64,000 nucleotides of DNA from Pedobacter sp. (GTDB lineage Bacteria; Desulfobacterota; Desulfuromonadia; Desulfuromonadales; Syntrophotaleaceae), in contig JBFWJC010000001.1 in NCBI GenBank assembly GCA_050253415.1, positions 1,608,679 through 1,672,678 of the forward strand, given 5' to 3'. A program made the position numbers and the translations under genes. Positions 11,109 to 21,209 of the stretch are shown one piece after another. The notes beneath the pieces were generated by a model, which had not been told where the DNA came from, searched no databases, and saw only the letters and a program-made list of their open reading frames with translations. Positions within the stretch are counted from its first letter, which is position 1. The number at the start of each line of letters is the position of its first letter.

Positions 11109-12844
11109 GGTATAACGCCCGACAACTTTACAGTCGTCTTTTCCGCTACTCAAGGCCCCATATCTGGAGGGTTCTGTTGGCCATGGGGGCTTCTCTGCTG
11201 GTCTCCGGTTCGGACGTGGCTACCGCCAAATTGGTCAAACCGTTCGTGGATAAACTGCTGGTTGCCACGAATAGCGGCATGCTTAATTGGGTGCCGGTTA
11301 TTGTCATAGGTCTTGCCGCTTCTAAAGGCGTGGGCCGTTACATTCAGGAATATTTCATCAAGACCGCCGGCCAGTTGGTGGTGCAGGATATCCGCAACGA
11401 TCTTTACTCGCACTCCATGAACCTTTCCATGGGGTACTTTTCCCATAGTTCGACAGGTAATGTCATGTCCCGTATCCTCAACGATGTCGGGGCATTGCAA
11501 CGCTCGGCCGCCGATGTGCTGGTCGATGGCCTACGGGAAAGTTTTACCTTGATCGGATTGACCTTTGTTGCGTTTCAAAGCGACTGGCGCCTGGCTGCCA
11601 TAGCCTTTGTTGTCATGCCTATTTCCGTGGTGCCCGCCAACGTTTTGGGGCAGCGCATCAAGGATAATACCCGTCGCTCACAGCGCACGCTTGGCAACCT
11701 GACCCGTGTTCTGCAGGAGAGTCTCGCAGGCATCAAGGTGATTAAGGCCTTCGGCACCGAAGATCGTGAATGCGAGCGTTTCAAGACCGAAAATAAACGT
11801 TTTTATTACTTTTTGCGGAAGGTTCTCAAATACGATTCGGCAGCCACCCCCGTGGTTGAGATTCTTTCTTCCATAGGGGTTGCCGCTGTGTTGTGGTATG
11901 GCATTCACCGTGTTCACCAAGGTGCCATGACCCAAGGCGATCTGTCCGCCTTTATTGTTGCAATGTTGATGATGTACGCGCCTCTAAAGCGTTTGACCAA
12001 GGTCAGCAATACCATCCAGCGTTCTTTTGGCGCCGCCGAGCGGGTGTTTGAATTGATGGATGAAGTCCCCGATATCGTGGATATGCCCGATGCCATTCAG
12101 GCATCAAGGCCCGCAGGACATATTGCTTTTAACCATGTCCGTTTTTCCTACGGGGACGAACCGGTCCTGGATGATATCAGTCTTCCGATTCGCGCTGGGG
12201 AAGTTGTGGCGCTGGTTGGGCCCAGTGGCGGTGGGAAGTCGACGATTATCGGACTGCTCAACCGGTTTTACGATCCCCAACAGGGGAGTATCCTCATTGA
12301 TGGACAGGATATCCGGCATTTGACCCAATCCAGTCTTAAACAGAGCATTGCCCTGGTTGACCAGGAAACCTTTCTGTTTAACGACACGGTTCGGAACAAT
12401 ATTCGCTATGGGCGTCCCGAAGCCACCGATGCCGAGGTTGAAGAGGCGGCCAGGCTGGCATTTGCAGACGAATTCGTGCGGACTATGAACGATGGTTACG
12501 ATACGATTATCGGCGACCGGGGAGTACGCCTTTCCGGAGGGCAGCGTCAGCGTATTTGTATCGCCCGCGCCATCCTGCGCGATGCGCCCATACTCCTTCT
12601 GGACGAGGCGACGAGTGCTCTCGATACGGAAAGCGAAGCCATGGTCCAAAAAGCCCTCGTCAACCTTATGCAGAACCGTACCACCATCGTCGTTGCACAC
12701 AGACTGTCAACCGTTATGCATGCTGACAAAATTGTTGTTCTGGAGAATGGTCGCATTCGTGAAGTAGGTTGTCATCAGGAACTGCTGTCGGGTGACGGGC
12801 TTTATCGTCGCCTTTATGATATGCAATTCACCGACCGGGATTAA
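11105..12844 (+). CDS. msbA: Lipid A export ABC transporter
   Basis: N-terminal TM domain plus GPSGGGKS, LSGGQRQR, LDEATSALD; located in lipid A operon. Confidence 0.9.
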   Translation: MRYNARQLYSRLFRYSRPHIWRVLLAMGASLLVSGSDVATAKLVKPFVDKLLVATNSGMLNWVPVIVIGLAASKGVGRYIQEYFIKTAGQLVVQDIRNDLYSHSMNLSMGYFSHSSTGNVMSRILNDVGALQRSAADVLVDGLRESFTLIGLTFVAFQSDWRLAAIAFVVMPISVVPANVLGQRIKDNTRRSQRTLGNLTRVLQESLAGIKVIKAFGTEDRECERFKTENKRFYYFLRKVLKYDSAATPVVEILSSIGVAAVLWYGIHRVHQGAMTQGDLSAFIVAMLMMYAPLKRLTKVSNTIQRSFGAAERVFELMDEVPDIVDMPDAIQASRPAGHIAFNHVRFSYGDEPVLDDISLPIRAGEVVALVGPSGGGKSTIIGLLNRFYDPQQGSILIDGQDIRHLTQSSLKQSIALVDQETFLFNDTVRNNIRYGRPEATDAEVEEAARLAFADEFVRTMNDGYDTIIGDRGVRLSGGQRQRICIARAILRDAPILLLDEATSALDTESEAMVQKALVNLMQNRTTIVVAHRLSTVMHADKIVVLENGRIREVGCHQELLSGDGLYRRLYDMQFTDRD

Positions 12845-12868
12845 CCGGGTAATCATGGGGAGGATGGG

Positions 12869-14158
12869 GTGTACCTGCTGTATGATCTGATCTGGCTTGT
12901 TGGTGCCATGGCTTTAGTGCCCTGGTACCTGCTGCGCCGAGTCTGTGGAGGTAAAAACCGGCAGGGCCTCAGAGAGCGCTTTGGTTGGTATGCTCCCGGT
13001 CGCCTGGCAACCTTGCAGGGGCGCCCCGTGTTGTGGCTGCATGCCGTGTCGGTGGGGGAAACCCGCGCCGCGGTACCTCTGATCCGGGGCCTTAAAAAAA
13101 GCTTTCCCGAACATGCACTGGTCCTTACGAATGTCACCGAAACAGGTCATGCGGTAGCAAAGGGTATCTCAGAAATCGATCTTTGCCTGTTTTTCCCTTT
13201 CGATATTTCATGGGCGGTACGGCGGGTTTTGCGCCAGGTGCGGCCCGATATCGTCATCATCGTCGAGACCGAAATTTGGCCGAATCTGGTACGCTGCTCA
13301 CGGCAGGCCGAAATACCGCTGGTGTTGGTCAATGGTCGCATTTCGGATCGTTCTTTTCCCCGTTACCGCAAAGTGCGCCATTTTTTGCAGCCGGTCTTGA
13401 ATCGATTTGCCTGTCTATGTATGCAGACGGAGCAGGACGGACAGCGGATTTTGGATCTTGGTGCTTTGCCCGAACGCGTTTCCGTAACCGGTAATCTCAA
13501 GTTCGACATGTCTTGCGATGGCATAGGCAGTCTGACGCAGGAATCTTTGCGCGCCGCTTATAGATTGCCGGCAGAGAGCCTGGTCTGGGTGGCAGGAAGT
13601 ACCCATCCCGGTGAAGAAGAATTGCTGGTGGACGCCTTTGTTGAATTGCGTGCCCGAGGTGTTGAGCTCTGTATGGTTCTCGCCCCGCGTCACCCTGGGC
13701 GGGCGCAGGAGGTAGGCCAATTGCTGACTTCCCGAGGATTGAACTGGGTTGCGCGAACGTCTCTTGACGGCTCGGTCGCGGCACTGCAGGTCGGCGATGT
13801 TTTGCTGGTTGATACCGTTGGGGAATTACTCAAACTCTATGCCGCCGCCGATGCGGTTTTTGTCGGAGGCAGCCTCGTGCCCGTGGGGGGGCACAATGTT
13901 CTGGAAGCGGCCCTGCTGAAGAAGCCGGTTTTGTTCGGTCCTCACATGGAAAACTTTCGCGAAATTGCCCGATTGGTGATGGACGCCGGTGCCGGTAAGC
14001 AGATCCGGTCAACTGAGTTGACCACTGAACTGGAAGCAATGCTGCACGATTCTGAGACCATGCAGGCCATGGGGACGGCAGGGTATAATCTATTGCACCA
14101 GCATGCCGGTGCCACGGAACGTACCGTAAGCCATATTCGACGTCTGCTGGGCAATTAA
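12869..14158 (+). CDS. waaA: Kdo transferase
   Basis: WLHAVSVGE, FPFD, ETEIWPN, NGRISDRS, GNLKFD, AGSTH, PRHP, GGSLVPVGGHNVLEAA. Confidence 0.96.
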   Translation: MYLLYDLIWLVGAMALVPWYLLRRVCGGKNRQGLRERFGWYAPGRLATLQGRPVLWLHAVSVGETRAAVPLIRGLKKSFPEHALVLTNVTETGHAVAKGISEIDLCLFFPFDISWAVRRVLRQVRPDIVIIVETEIWPNLVRCSRQAEIPLVLVNGRISDRSFPRYRKVRHFLQPVLNRFACLCMQTEQDGQRILDLGALPERVSVTGNLKFDMSCDGIGSLTQESLRAAYRLPAESLVWVAGSTHPGEEELLVDAFVELRARGVELCMVLAPRHPGRAQEVGQLLTSRGLNWVARTSLDGSVAALQVGDVLLVDTVGELLKLYAAADAVFVGGSLVPVGGHNVLEAALLKKPVLFGPHMENFREIARLVMDAGAGKQIRSTELTTELEAMLHDSETMQAMGTAGYNLLHQHAGATERTVSHIRRLLGN

Positions 14159-14159
14159 C

Positions 14160-15257
14160 ATGGCCCGTTTGGCTCTATTTTACCGTCGCCTCGCCGTTCA
14201 CGGCCCCACAACTTTATCGCAGTGGCTGATTTACACGATTCTGCTGCCGCTGGGTTGGCTGTACGGTGCGTTGATGCAGCTCCGGGTCTTGTTGTATCGA
14301 GTTGGCATATTCGCTTCGTATCGTGCAAGTGTTCCGGTGATTTCTATTGGCAATCTGAGCGTCGGCGGAACCGGTAAAACCCCCGTAGTCGATCATTTGA
14401 TTCGCTATTGTTTGTCTTTGGATAAACGCGTGGCAGTGGTCAGCCGTGGCTACGCAAGCGGTAACCGTTCTGCTCTGCAGATTGTTAGTTCCGGGCAGGG
14501 GCCTCTACTCGATGTGGAGCAGGCAGGGGACGAACCGTGGCTGCTCGCGCGCCGCAATCCCGCAGCCTGCGTTGTTGTGGCGCCCCGTCGTGTGGTGGGG
14601 GTGCGTCACGCTATTGAAGTGCTTGGTGCGGATGTTGTACTGCTCGATGATGGTTTCCAGCATCTGGCTGTGGCTCGCGATTTCGATCTGGTGCTGCTGG
14701 ATGCGCAACGGCCTTTCGGTAATGGCCAAGTGCTTCCTGCCGGTCTCCTACGAGAACCTCGCTCTGCTCTTAAGCGCGGACACCTGTTTTTATTGACCCG
14801 CTGTCCTGAAGGTTTCGTAAACACGCCGCCGTTGCCCGGTCCGATACTGCATTGCCGGCATGAAGTGGCGGATCATGTTGAGTCTCTGGATGGTGAAATG
14901 CGCCTTATCGAGGATCTTGCGCATCTTAGGGGCGTCGCCTTTGCGGGCATCGCCGAGCCCGGGAGTTTTTTCAGCGATCTTGAAAAGCGTGGTTTAAATC
15001 TGGTACAGACCCTTTGTTTTTCCGATCATGCCGGTTATGATGAGCAGGATCTTTCCCGTTTGATCGAAACTGCCGGTTCGGCAGATTATTTCATCACCAC
15101 GGAAAAAGATGCCGTCAAGTTAGTTTCAGCGGCTTTACCTCTGCCTTGTTTTCAGGTTCCTCTGCGGCTGGTTTTTCTCCAGCCCGGGGAGTTGGAAACA
15201 CGCATATTGCCTGTTTTGGAAGGTGATCGAAATGACAATTTCTCAAGAACTGCTTGA
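14160..15257 (+). CDS. lpxK: Tetraacyldisaccharide 4'-kinase
   Basis: IGNLSVGGTGKTP, SRGY, GDEP, LDDGFQH, LPAGLLREP, TTEKDAVK. Confidence 0.96.
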   Translation: MARLALFYRRLAVHGPTTLSQWLIYTILLPLGWLYGALMQLRVLLYRVGIFASYRASVPVISIGNLSVGGTGKTPVVDHLIRYCLSLDKRVAVVSRGYASGNRSALQIVSSGQGPLLDVEQAGDEPWLLARRNPAACVVVAPRRVVGVRHAIEVLGADVVLLDDGFQHLAVARDFDLVLLDAQRPFGNGQVLPAGLLREPRSALKRGHLFLLTRCPEGFVNTPPLPGPILHCRHEVADHVESLDGEMRLIEDLAHLRGVAFAGIAEPGSFFSDLEKRGLNLVQTLCFSDHAGYDEQDLSRLIETAGSADYFITTEKDAVKLVSAALPLPCFQVPLRLVFLQPGELETRILPVLEGDRNDNFSRTA

Positions 15258-15408
15258 TATTCTTGCCTGCCCCCGATGTAAGGGACCCGTGCGACCGGTG
15301 GACGAACCCGAAGGACTGGTGTGCGAAAACTGTCGACTTAGATACCCCATTGTGGATGACATTCCCGTTATGCTTATCGACGAGGCCCAGCCTTTCGATA
15401 TTGGTTGA
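15232..15408 (+). CDS. Trm112/YcaR family small protein
   Basis: LLDILACPRCKG...LVCENCRLRYPIVDDIPVMLIDEA; typical position after lpxK. Confidence 0.9.
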   Translation: MTISQELLDILACPRCKGPVRPVDEPEGLVCENCRLRYPIVDDIPVMLIDEAQPFDIG

Positions 15409-15436
15409 ACCCACGACTTCTGCGGAGTTACTTTTT

Positions 15437-16468
15437 TTGAAACCGATTGATCCGAAAACTGTTCGCCGCATCATGCTGCGATCGACTAATTGGGTCGGGG
15501 ATGCGGTCATGACTACCCCGGCGATGGCCGATTTGCGTAGTGCCTTTCCCGAGGCTGAAATCGTGGTAGTCGCCAACCCTTTGGTGGCACACCTGTTCAC
15601 CCATCATCCCTACTGCGACCGGGTGATCGTTTACGATAAGAAGGGCGCTCATAAAGGGGTTCTTGGGTTATGGCGATTTGCCCGGCAACTTCGCAGGGAA
15701 AAATTCGATCTGGCCGTTTTATTGCAAAATGCCATCGATGCCGCCATTCTGGCCTTTTGCGCAGGCATACCCCGTCGTGCCGGTTATCGAACCGATGCGC
15801 GCGGCCTGCTATTGACCCATGGCGTCGCCGTTGGTCCCGAACAGAAACGTTTGCATCATACCGATTATTATCGGCACATGCTGCGGCACATCTGTCGTGG
15901 CGAAGGTGACGGCAAGCTGCGCCTTGCCTGCACCGAAGAGGAGCAACACTGGGCGAAGGAAACCCTCGGAGCAGGTTCCCGGGTGGCTATCAATCCGGGG
16001 GCTGCATATGGCTCTGCCAAGCGCTGGCTGCCCGAACGCTTTGCCGCAGTGGCCGACGGATTGGCACGGGAATTTGGGCTGCAGGTTGTTCTTACCGGTG
16101 GTCCCGGAGAGATGGAAATAGGCCGGGATATCGAAAAGGCCATGAGTACCCCGGCATTGAATCTGATTGGGCAGACTTCTGTGCGCCAGTTGATGGCTGT
16201 ATTGTCGGAATGTCAGTTGGTGATCACCAACGATTCCGGCCCGATGCATGTCGCTGCAGCATTTGATATCCCTATTGTGGCGGTATTCGGTCCGACTGAC
16301 CACACCACCACTTCGCCCTGGTCGCAAAAATGTCGTATCGTGCGTAAACCCACCGACTGTGCGCCCTGTCTGCTCAGGCAGTGTCCAACCGATCATCGCT
16401 GTATGCGGGCGATTTTGCCGGAAGACGTATTGGATGCAGCGCGTGAAGTTCTGGGAGACATTCGATGA
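15437..16468 (+). CDS. waaF: LPS heptosyltransferase II (GT9)
   Basis: NWVGDAVM, NPGAAYGSAKRW, TNDSGPMHVAAA, FGPT; TTG start at 15437 inferred from GGAG upstream. Confidence 0.92.
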   Translation: MKPIDPKTVRRIMLRSTNWVGDAVMTTPAMADLRSAFPEAEIVVVANPLVAHLFTHHPYCDRVIVYDKKGAHKGVLGLWRFARQLRREKFDLAVLLQNAIDAAILAFCAGIPRRAGYRTDARGLLLTHGVAVGPEQKRLHHTDYYRHMLRHICRGEGDGKLRLACTEEEQHWAKETLGAGSRVAINPGAAYGSAKRWLPERFAAVADGLAREFGLQVVLTGGPGEMEIGRDIEKAMSTPALNLIGQTSVRQLMAVLSECQLVITNDSGPMHVAAAFDIPIVAVFGPTDHTTTSPWSQKCRIVRKPTDCAPCLLRQCPTDHRCMRAILPEDVLDAAREVLGDIR

Positions 16469-17514
16469 GGATTCTGATCGTCAAAATCAGTGCTCTCGGT
16501 GACGTCGTGCATGCCTTGCCAGTTCTGGCCTATATCAAAAGCGCTTATCCCGAAGCCAAAATCGACTGGTTGGTCGAAGAAGCGTTTGCGCCGCTGTTAG
16601 AGGGACATTCCCTTTTGCGCAAAGTGCACCGTCTGGGACTTAAACGCTGGCGCCGGGAAGGACTGCGTGCCGTCCTTTCCGGAATAAAAGCCACGTTGAC
16701 CGACCTGCGTCATGAACGCTACGATCTCGTACTCGATCTTCAGGGCAACTGCAAAAGCGGGTTGTTCACCTTGTTGTGTGGTGCCCCAAGGCGTTATGGC
16801 TTTTCACGTAGTGGCGTACGGGAATGGCCCAACCTGCTTGCCACCAACCATAAAGTGCATCTTACCTCTGCCGATCATCATATCAGTGACCGGTCTCTGA
16901 CTGTGGCACGTGAAGCCTTTCCCGCCGGCAGTGTGCGTCCCCTTGCAGGACCTATGTGTGTATCGCCCAAGGCGCGTACCGTTGTGGATAAACAACTCAC
17001 TGAACTCGATTTAAACGGTCGATCTCTGGTTGTTTTTCAATATGGAACCACCTGGAATACCAAATTGTGGCCCCTCGATTGCTGGCAGCAACTGGCACAG
17101 CGGCTTTGCCGGGAAGACCAATTGCGCCCGGTATTGATTTGGGGGAACGATGCCGAGCTGCACGCTGCGGAGATGATTTCCCGGGCCACTGGTGGTCAGG
17201 CCGTCGTCTGGCCGCGGGGTACGTTGCAGGAACTGGCCGCTTTGCTGGAAAGAGCCAATCTGGTTGTTGGCGGGGATACGGGGCCGATCCATATTGCAGC
17301 CGCTCTTGAAACTCCTACCGTATCTATTTTTCGGGTTACGGATGCTTCGCGTAATGGGCCGCGTGGCGCGCTTCACATTCGCTTACAAAGTCCTATGCAA
17401 TGTTCCCCTTGCCTGAAAAAAGAGTGTGTCAAGGATGCGGAATGCGGCCATAGTATTTCCGTCGATCAAGTCCTGGACGCCGTTCGCAAGCAACTTAACG
17501 GAAAACGACGATGA
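16465..17514 (+). CDS. waaC: LPS heptosyltransferase I (GT9)
   Basis: MRILIVKISALGDVVHALP, IDWLVEE, DLQG..KS, GDTGPIHIAAAL. Confidence 0.9.
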   Translation: MRILIVKISALGDVVHALPVLAYIKSAYPEAKIDWLVEEAFAPLLEGHSLLRKVHRLGLKRWRREGLRAVLSGIKATLTDLRHERYDLVLDLQGNCKSGLFTLLCGAPRRYGFSRSGVREWPNLLATNHKVHLTSADHHISDRSLTVAREAFPAGSVRPLAGPMCVSPKARTVVDKQLTELDLNGRSLVVFQYGTTWNTKLWPLDCWQQLAQRLCREDQLRPVLIWGNDAELHAAEMISRATGGQAVVWPRGTLQELAALLERANLVVGGDTGPIHIAAALETPTVSIFRVTDASRNGPRGALHIRLQSPMQCSPCLKKECVKDAECGHSISVDQVLDAVRKQLNGKRR

Positions 17515-18347
17515 AAAATTTTTTGACGACCACGCTGATAATTTCCGCCGAAGCCAAGGGACTGCTCAAGTCTTCCGGTCTTGCCAGCTTTCAGGATTTT
17601 ATGGACTATTCAGGCGGGAAGCACATTTGCCACAAACGTGGTCGTTCCACAGTGCGGTTGCAAATCGGGGATCGTGCTTTTTATCTCAAGCGCAACCGGT
17701 TTCATTTCGTGGAATTTTTAAAAGGATTATCGCGTTTGCGATTGCCGCCTCGGGGGGCGCTGCAGGAATGGCGAAATATAGAACGTGTGCAACAGGCTGA
17801 CATCGCAACGGTGCCGCCTATTGCCTTCGGGGAACAACCCCTTTTGGGGCTCGAAACTTGTTCCTTCAGCATGACAGAAGAACTCTATGGCTGCGTTCCC
17901 CTCGATCAGGTGTTGCGGGCAAACTTTACCGGAAGTCAGACTGGAATCCAGCGTCTGCGCAAACATCACCTCATTCGCCAAGTTGGTATCCTGGCCCGGC
18001 AACTGCATGGAGCAGGACTCTTCCATCGGGATTTTTATCTGAGCCATGTGTTTGTCAGTACCAAGGATACTCTCAAGCTCATTGATCTGCAGCGTATTCT
18101 TTATCACCCCTTACGAGCCAGGCATTTCCGGATCAAAGATCTTGCCCAGCTCAATTATTCCGCCAGCCGTATTCCAGGGATAACCCGCTCGGATCGTCTC
18201 CGGTTTTTGCTTGCCTATCTGGACCGTAGCTCATTGCTTGAAGAGGATAAGCAACTGGTGCGGTCTGTGCAGAGGAAAACTGACCGAATAGCACGGCACG
18301 ATGTGAAACTGCTTGCTCGGCGCCGTCGGCGGGGCGAATTACCCTGA
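17511..18347 (+). CDS. LPS core heptose kinase, WaaP/RfaP-like
   Basis: GALQEWRNI, HRDFYLSH, LIDLQR, IKDLAQL: WaaP-type kinase motifs. Confidence 0.8.
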   Translation: MKNFLTTTLIISAEAKGLLKSSGLASFQDFMDYSGGKHICHKRGRSTVRLQIGDRAFYLKRNRFHFVEFLKGLSRLRLPPRGALQEWRNIERVQQADIATVPPIAFGEQPLLGLETCSFSMTEELYGCVPLDQVLRANFTGSQTGIQRLRKHHLIRQVGILARQLHGAGLFHRDFYLSHVFVSTKDTLKLIDLQRILYHPLRARHFRIKDLAQLNYSASRIPGITRSDRLRFLLAYLDRSSLLEEDKQLVRSVQRKTDRIARHDVKLLARRRRRGELP

Positions 18348-18627
18348 GACCAAACCCTAAAGGGTTGAAGTCTATTTTGCTGATTTGCAGGATGTATGGA
18401 TTGAAAAATTTCCTCCTTTACTGAGTTTGTTGTAATCGAAAGGCAAGGAAATGCAATGGGTTTAAAAAAAACTCTACAGCGGTTAGCTGTTTAATCTTCC
18501 TTTCATTTTAAATAAGGAAGTTTTTGGAAATATCATCGATAAATTACAGAAGGTCATCCTTCAATTACGGAATTCAGGGTTTTACCAGTTGAATGACGGC
18601 TCTGTTAAACATTTTTGTTATTAAGGA

Positions 18628-19533
18628 ATGTCATCTATGCAATGGTCGATTATTATCCCTACTTATAATTATGGCCATTTTATCGAAAGGTGTCTCCATT
18701 CCGTTCTCAACCAGATTGGCACTGATTATGAAATCGTGATTGTTGATGATGGCTCCTCTGACGATACGCGGTCTGTGATCGATGCCTTGGCTAAAAACTT
18801 TCCCGCTGAACGATTACGCTACTTTTATCAGGATAATCAGGGGCCGGCCGCAGCTCGTAACCATGGCATTGACGTGGCCAGAGGCGAATTCCTCTGGTTT
18901 CTCGACTCCGATGACCGTCTGACAGGGGATGCGTTTGAGCACATGCGACTGGCGGTGGCCTGCCATCCTGATGGGGAGTTGTTCTTTGGCGGTTATCGGT
19001 CGGTTGCAAAAGATGGAAAAACGACAGATAAATTGCCGGGTCAGTTGAGTTCCGATAATACGGTAAATTTAAGTCGTTATCTGCAGAAAGGTCTTAAGAG
19101 CCTTACTACTGGCGCCGTGGTGGTTAAAAAAGCCAGACTTGCGGAGATCAGATTTCCCGAGGGGATTCATATTAACGAAGATGTCGTCTTTTTCGGGCAT
19201 CTTCTCGCTCGCTGCAAAACTGTGGCTGTTTCGCAGGTAGTGGTCGAAAAAATACGTCATGCGGACAGCCTTAGAGACAATATGACCCGCATCGAGGAAA
19301 CAGGATTACGTTCCGTAGATTATTTATTTGACGCTACACGCCTGCTTCCTGAGCAGATGAAGTTGCGTTCAAGGTACCAGGCTGATAGGTGTTTGCGACT
19401 GTTTCGTTCGTATTTTCTAAATGGCGATTATGACCAGGCCCGTTGTTATTATGGTCAGGCCCTGCAATCCTGTCCCGGCTATCTGTTCAAGATTGGGTAT
19501 CTTCTCAAGTTTTTACGCTGTATCGGCAGGTAA
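18628..19533 (+). CDS. Glycosyltransferase family 2
   Basis: SIIIPTYN, VDDGSSD, NQGPAAARN, FLDSDD, ED; alternative ATG at 18637. Confidence 0.92.
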   Translation: MSSMQWSIIIPTYNYGHFIERCLHSVLNQIGTDYEIVIVDDGSSDDTRSVIDALAKNFPAERLRYFYQDNQGPAAARNHGIDVARGEFLWFLDSDDRLTGDAFEHMRLAVACHPDGELFFGGYRSVAKDGKTTDKLPGQLSSDNTVNLSRYLQKGLKSLTTGAVVVKKARLAEIRFPEGIHINEDVVFFGHLLARCKTVAVSQVVVEKIRHADSLRDNMTRIEETGLRSVDYLFDATRLLPEQMKLRSRYQADRCLRLFRSYFLNGDYDQARCYYGQALQSCPGYLFKIGYLLKFLRCIGR

Positions 19534-19786
19534 TACGCCGGAGGGCAGCAAGTTCGAGGTTGTCATAAAGCAGCTTTGAACTTATGATGGCTACCTTTTG
19601 AGTCGGCATGACAGGGGACACGGGTTCCGGTACTTTTTCGCAAGCCGAGGTTGCTCAAATAGTTATTGAACGGGTAGATTCTGCATTGCATTATGGGCCA
19701 TCGGGAGAGCGTCGATGGCTTGCAGATTTTTATTCAACTCGTAGTCTGGAAAATGGCATTTCTGATCGATTGCAACGTTAATTTGG

Positions 19787-20533
19787 GTGATGATGCGTCA
19801 TAAAAATCAAGCCGTTGTCCACGAACGGAACGGCAACTTTCATTCCTATTACGTCCCAGGTTCCCCGGTTGACATTTTACAGGCTTCTTTACGTCCGGAT
19901 CCTGACGTTCTCTTCAGTCAGGGGCATCCGGTCTGTTCAGGGCGGTCCGGTAATCCACGAGATCTCGTTAAAGTCGTGGTGGGGACCAGGTCTTATTTTA
20001 TCAAACGTTACAATTGCCAGGGTGGCCTGTATCGGGTCAAAAATATGTTTCGGGCCTCTCGTGCACGCCGGGCCATGGAGGCCGGTCAGTTGCTGTTGTC
20101 GCTGGGTGTGCCTACGCCAGAACCGTTGGTGTGTATGGAAGAGCGCCATGGGCGGTTGCTTGGAGACAGTTATCTGATCTGCCCTTTTTTGGAAGGGTGC
20201 CATTCCCTGTTTGATCTATGGCCAGGGCTTGAGTTGTTCAGGAAGCGCCTTTACATGCAGCGGCTCGGTGAGCTGCTCGGCACTTTGCACCGTTCAGGTG
20301 TTGTTCATGGAGACAGCAACTGGCGCAATATCCTGGTGAGAGCAGAAGGGGACGCTCAACCTCAGTTCTGGTTGGTTGATCTGGATGGCGTTCGCAAGTA
20401 TCGTCATCTCACCTTTGTCCGGGCGCAACGGGATACCGGCCATTTTTTACGAGAACTGATACGTAATGATGCCGATGAGGAATTCGCCCAGCTGTTTCGT
20501 CACCATTGGCAAAAGTCCTTGACGTTACCCTGA
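19787..20533 (+). CDS. LPS kinase, Kdo/WaaP/InaA family
   Basis: YFIKRY, FRASRARR, GVPTPEP, HGDSNWRNILV, LVDLDG. Confidence 0.8.
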   Translation: MMMRHKNQAVVHERNGNFHSYYVPGSPVDILQASLRPDPDVLFSQGHPVCSGRSGNPRDLVKVVVGTRSYFIKRYNCQGGLYRVKNMFRASRARRAMEAGQLLLSLGVPTPEPLVCMEERHGRLLGDSYLICPFLEGCHSLFDLWPGLELFRKRLYMQRLGELLGTLHRSGVVHGDSNWRNILVRAEGDAQPQFWLVDLDGVRKYRHLTFVRAQRDTGHFLRELIRNDADEEFAQLFRHHWQKSLTLP

Positions 20534-20543
20534 GGAGGGTTTT

Positions 20544-21134
20544 ATGGCGGTAGCTGCAATACAGACATATTTTAAGCAACTTCAGGGGGTTATGGATCGG
20601 GTTGGTCGTGATAAATCCGATGCGATTGTGCAATGTGTTCATCTGGTTGTCGACACTCTGCGCGAAGGGGGCAAGGTTCTGGTCATGGGCAATGGTGGCT
20701 CTGCGGCAGATGCCCAACACTTCGCAGCTGAACTGGTGGGGCGTTTTCTCATGGAGCGTAAGGCCTTGCCTTCCATTGCGTTAACTACTGATTCCTCAAT
20801 ATTGACAGCGGTAGGCAACGATTACGGGTTTGACGAGATTTTCAAGCGGCAAGTTGAGGCGCTTGCCCGCCCTGGCGATGTGGTCATCGGCATATCCACC
20901 AGTGGGATGTCTAAAAATGTTTTTCACGCTCTGATCGCAGCGAATCAGATTGGCTGTAAAACGGTCGGTCTGCTTGGGCGTGATGGCGGTACTATCGCCG
21001 GCATCGTGGACATTAATCTGACTGTGGCGGAAGAGCATACTCCTTTTATTCAGACCGCTCATGGTGCGGTGCTCCATCTGCTTTGCGATTTGCTGGAAAA
21101 GGAATTGTTTCCCCCTTCGGGGCAAACGGAGTAG
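20544..21134 (+). CDS. gmhA: D-sedoheptulose 7-phosphate isomerase
   Basis: GNGGSAADAQHFAAELVGRF, LTAVGNDYG, GISTSG. Confidence 0.93.
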   Translation: MAVAAIQTYFKQLQGVMDRVGRDKSDAIVQCVHLVVDTLREGGKVLVMGNGGSAADAQHFAAELVGRFLMERKALPSIALTTDSSILTAVGNDYGFDEIFKRQVEALARPGDVVIGISTSGMSKNVFHALIAANQIGCKTVGLLGRDGGTIAGIVDINLTVAEEHTPFIQTAHGAVLHLLCDLLEKELFPPSGQTE

Positions 21135-21209
21135 TATACCGTAACAATTATTTGTCAAACGGGTCCGTTACATGCAGCTTGCTGTCAATGGGAATAATAT
21201 AGAGGAATT

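Noticed and set aside
19608..19781. 57-codon ORF (MTGDTGSG...) in the spacer before the second LPS kinase
   Set aside because: No recognisable motif or convincing RBS; cannot be supported without homology or ribosome profiling
20544..21134. GmhA substitutions (STSGMS, PFIQTAH) hinting at an inactive or DiaA-like protein
   Set aside because: Key His/Glu/Gln/His ligands (HFAAE, Q, distal H) are retained and the context is heptose biosynthesis
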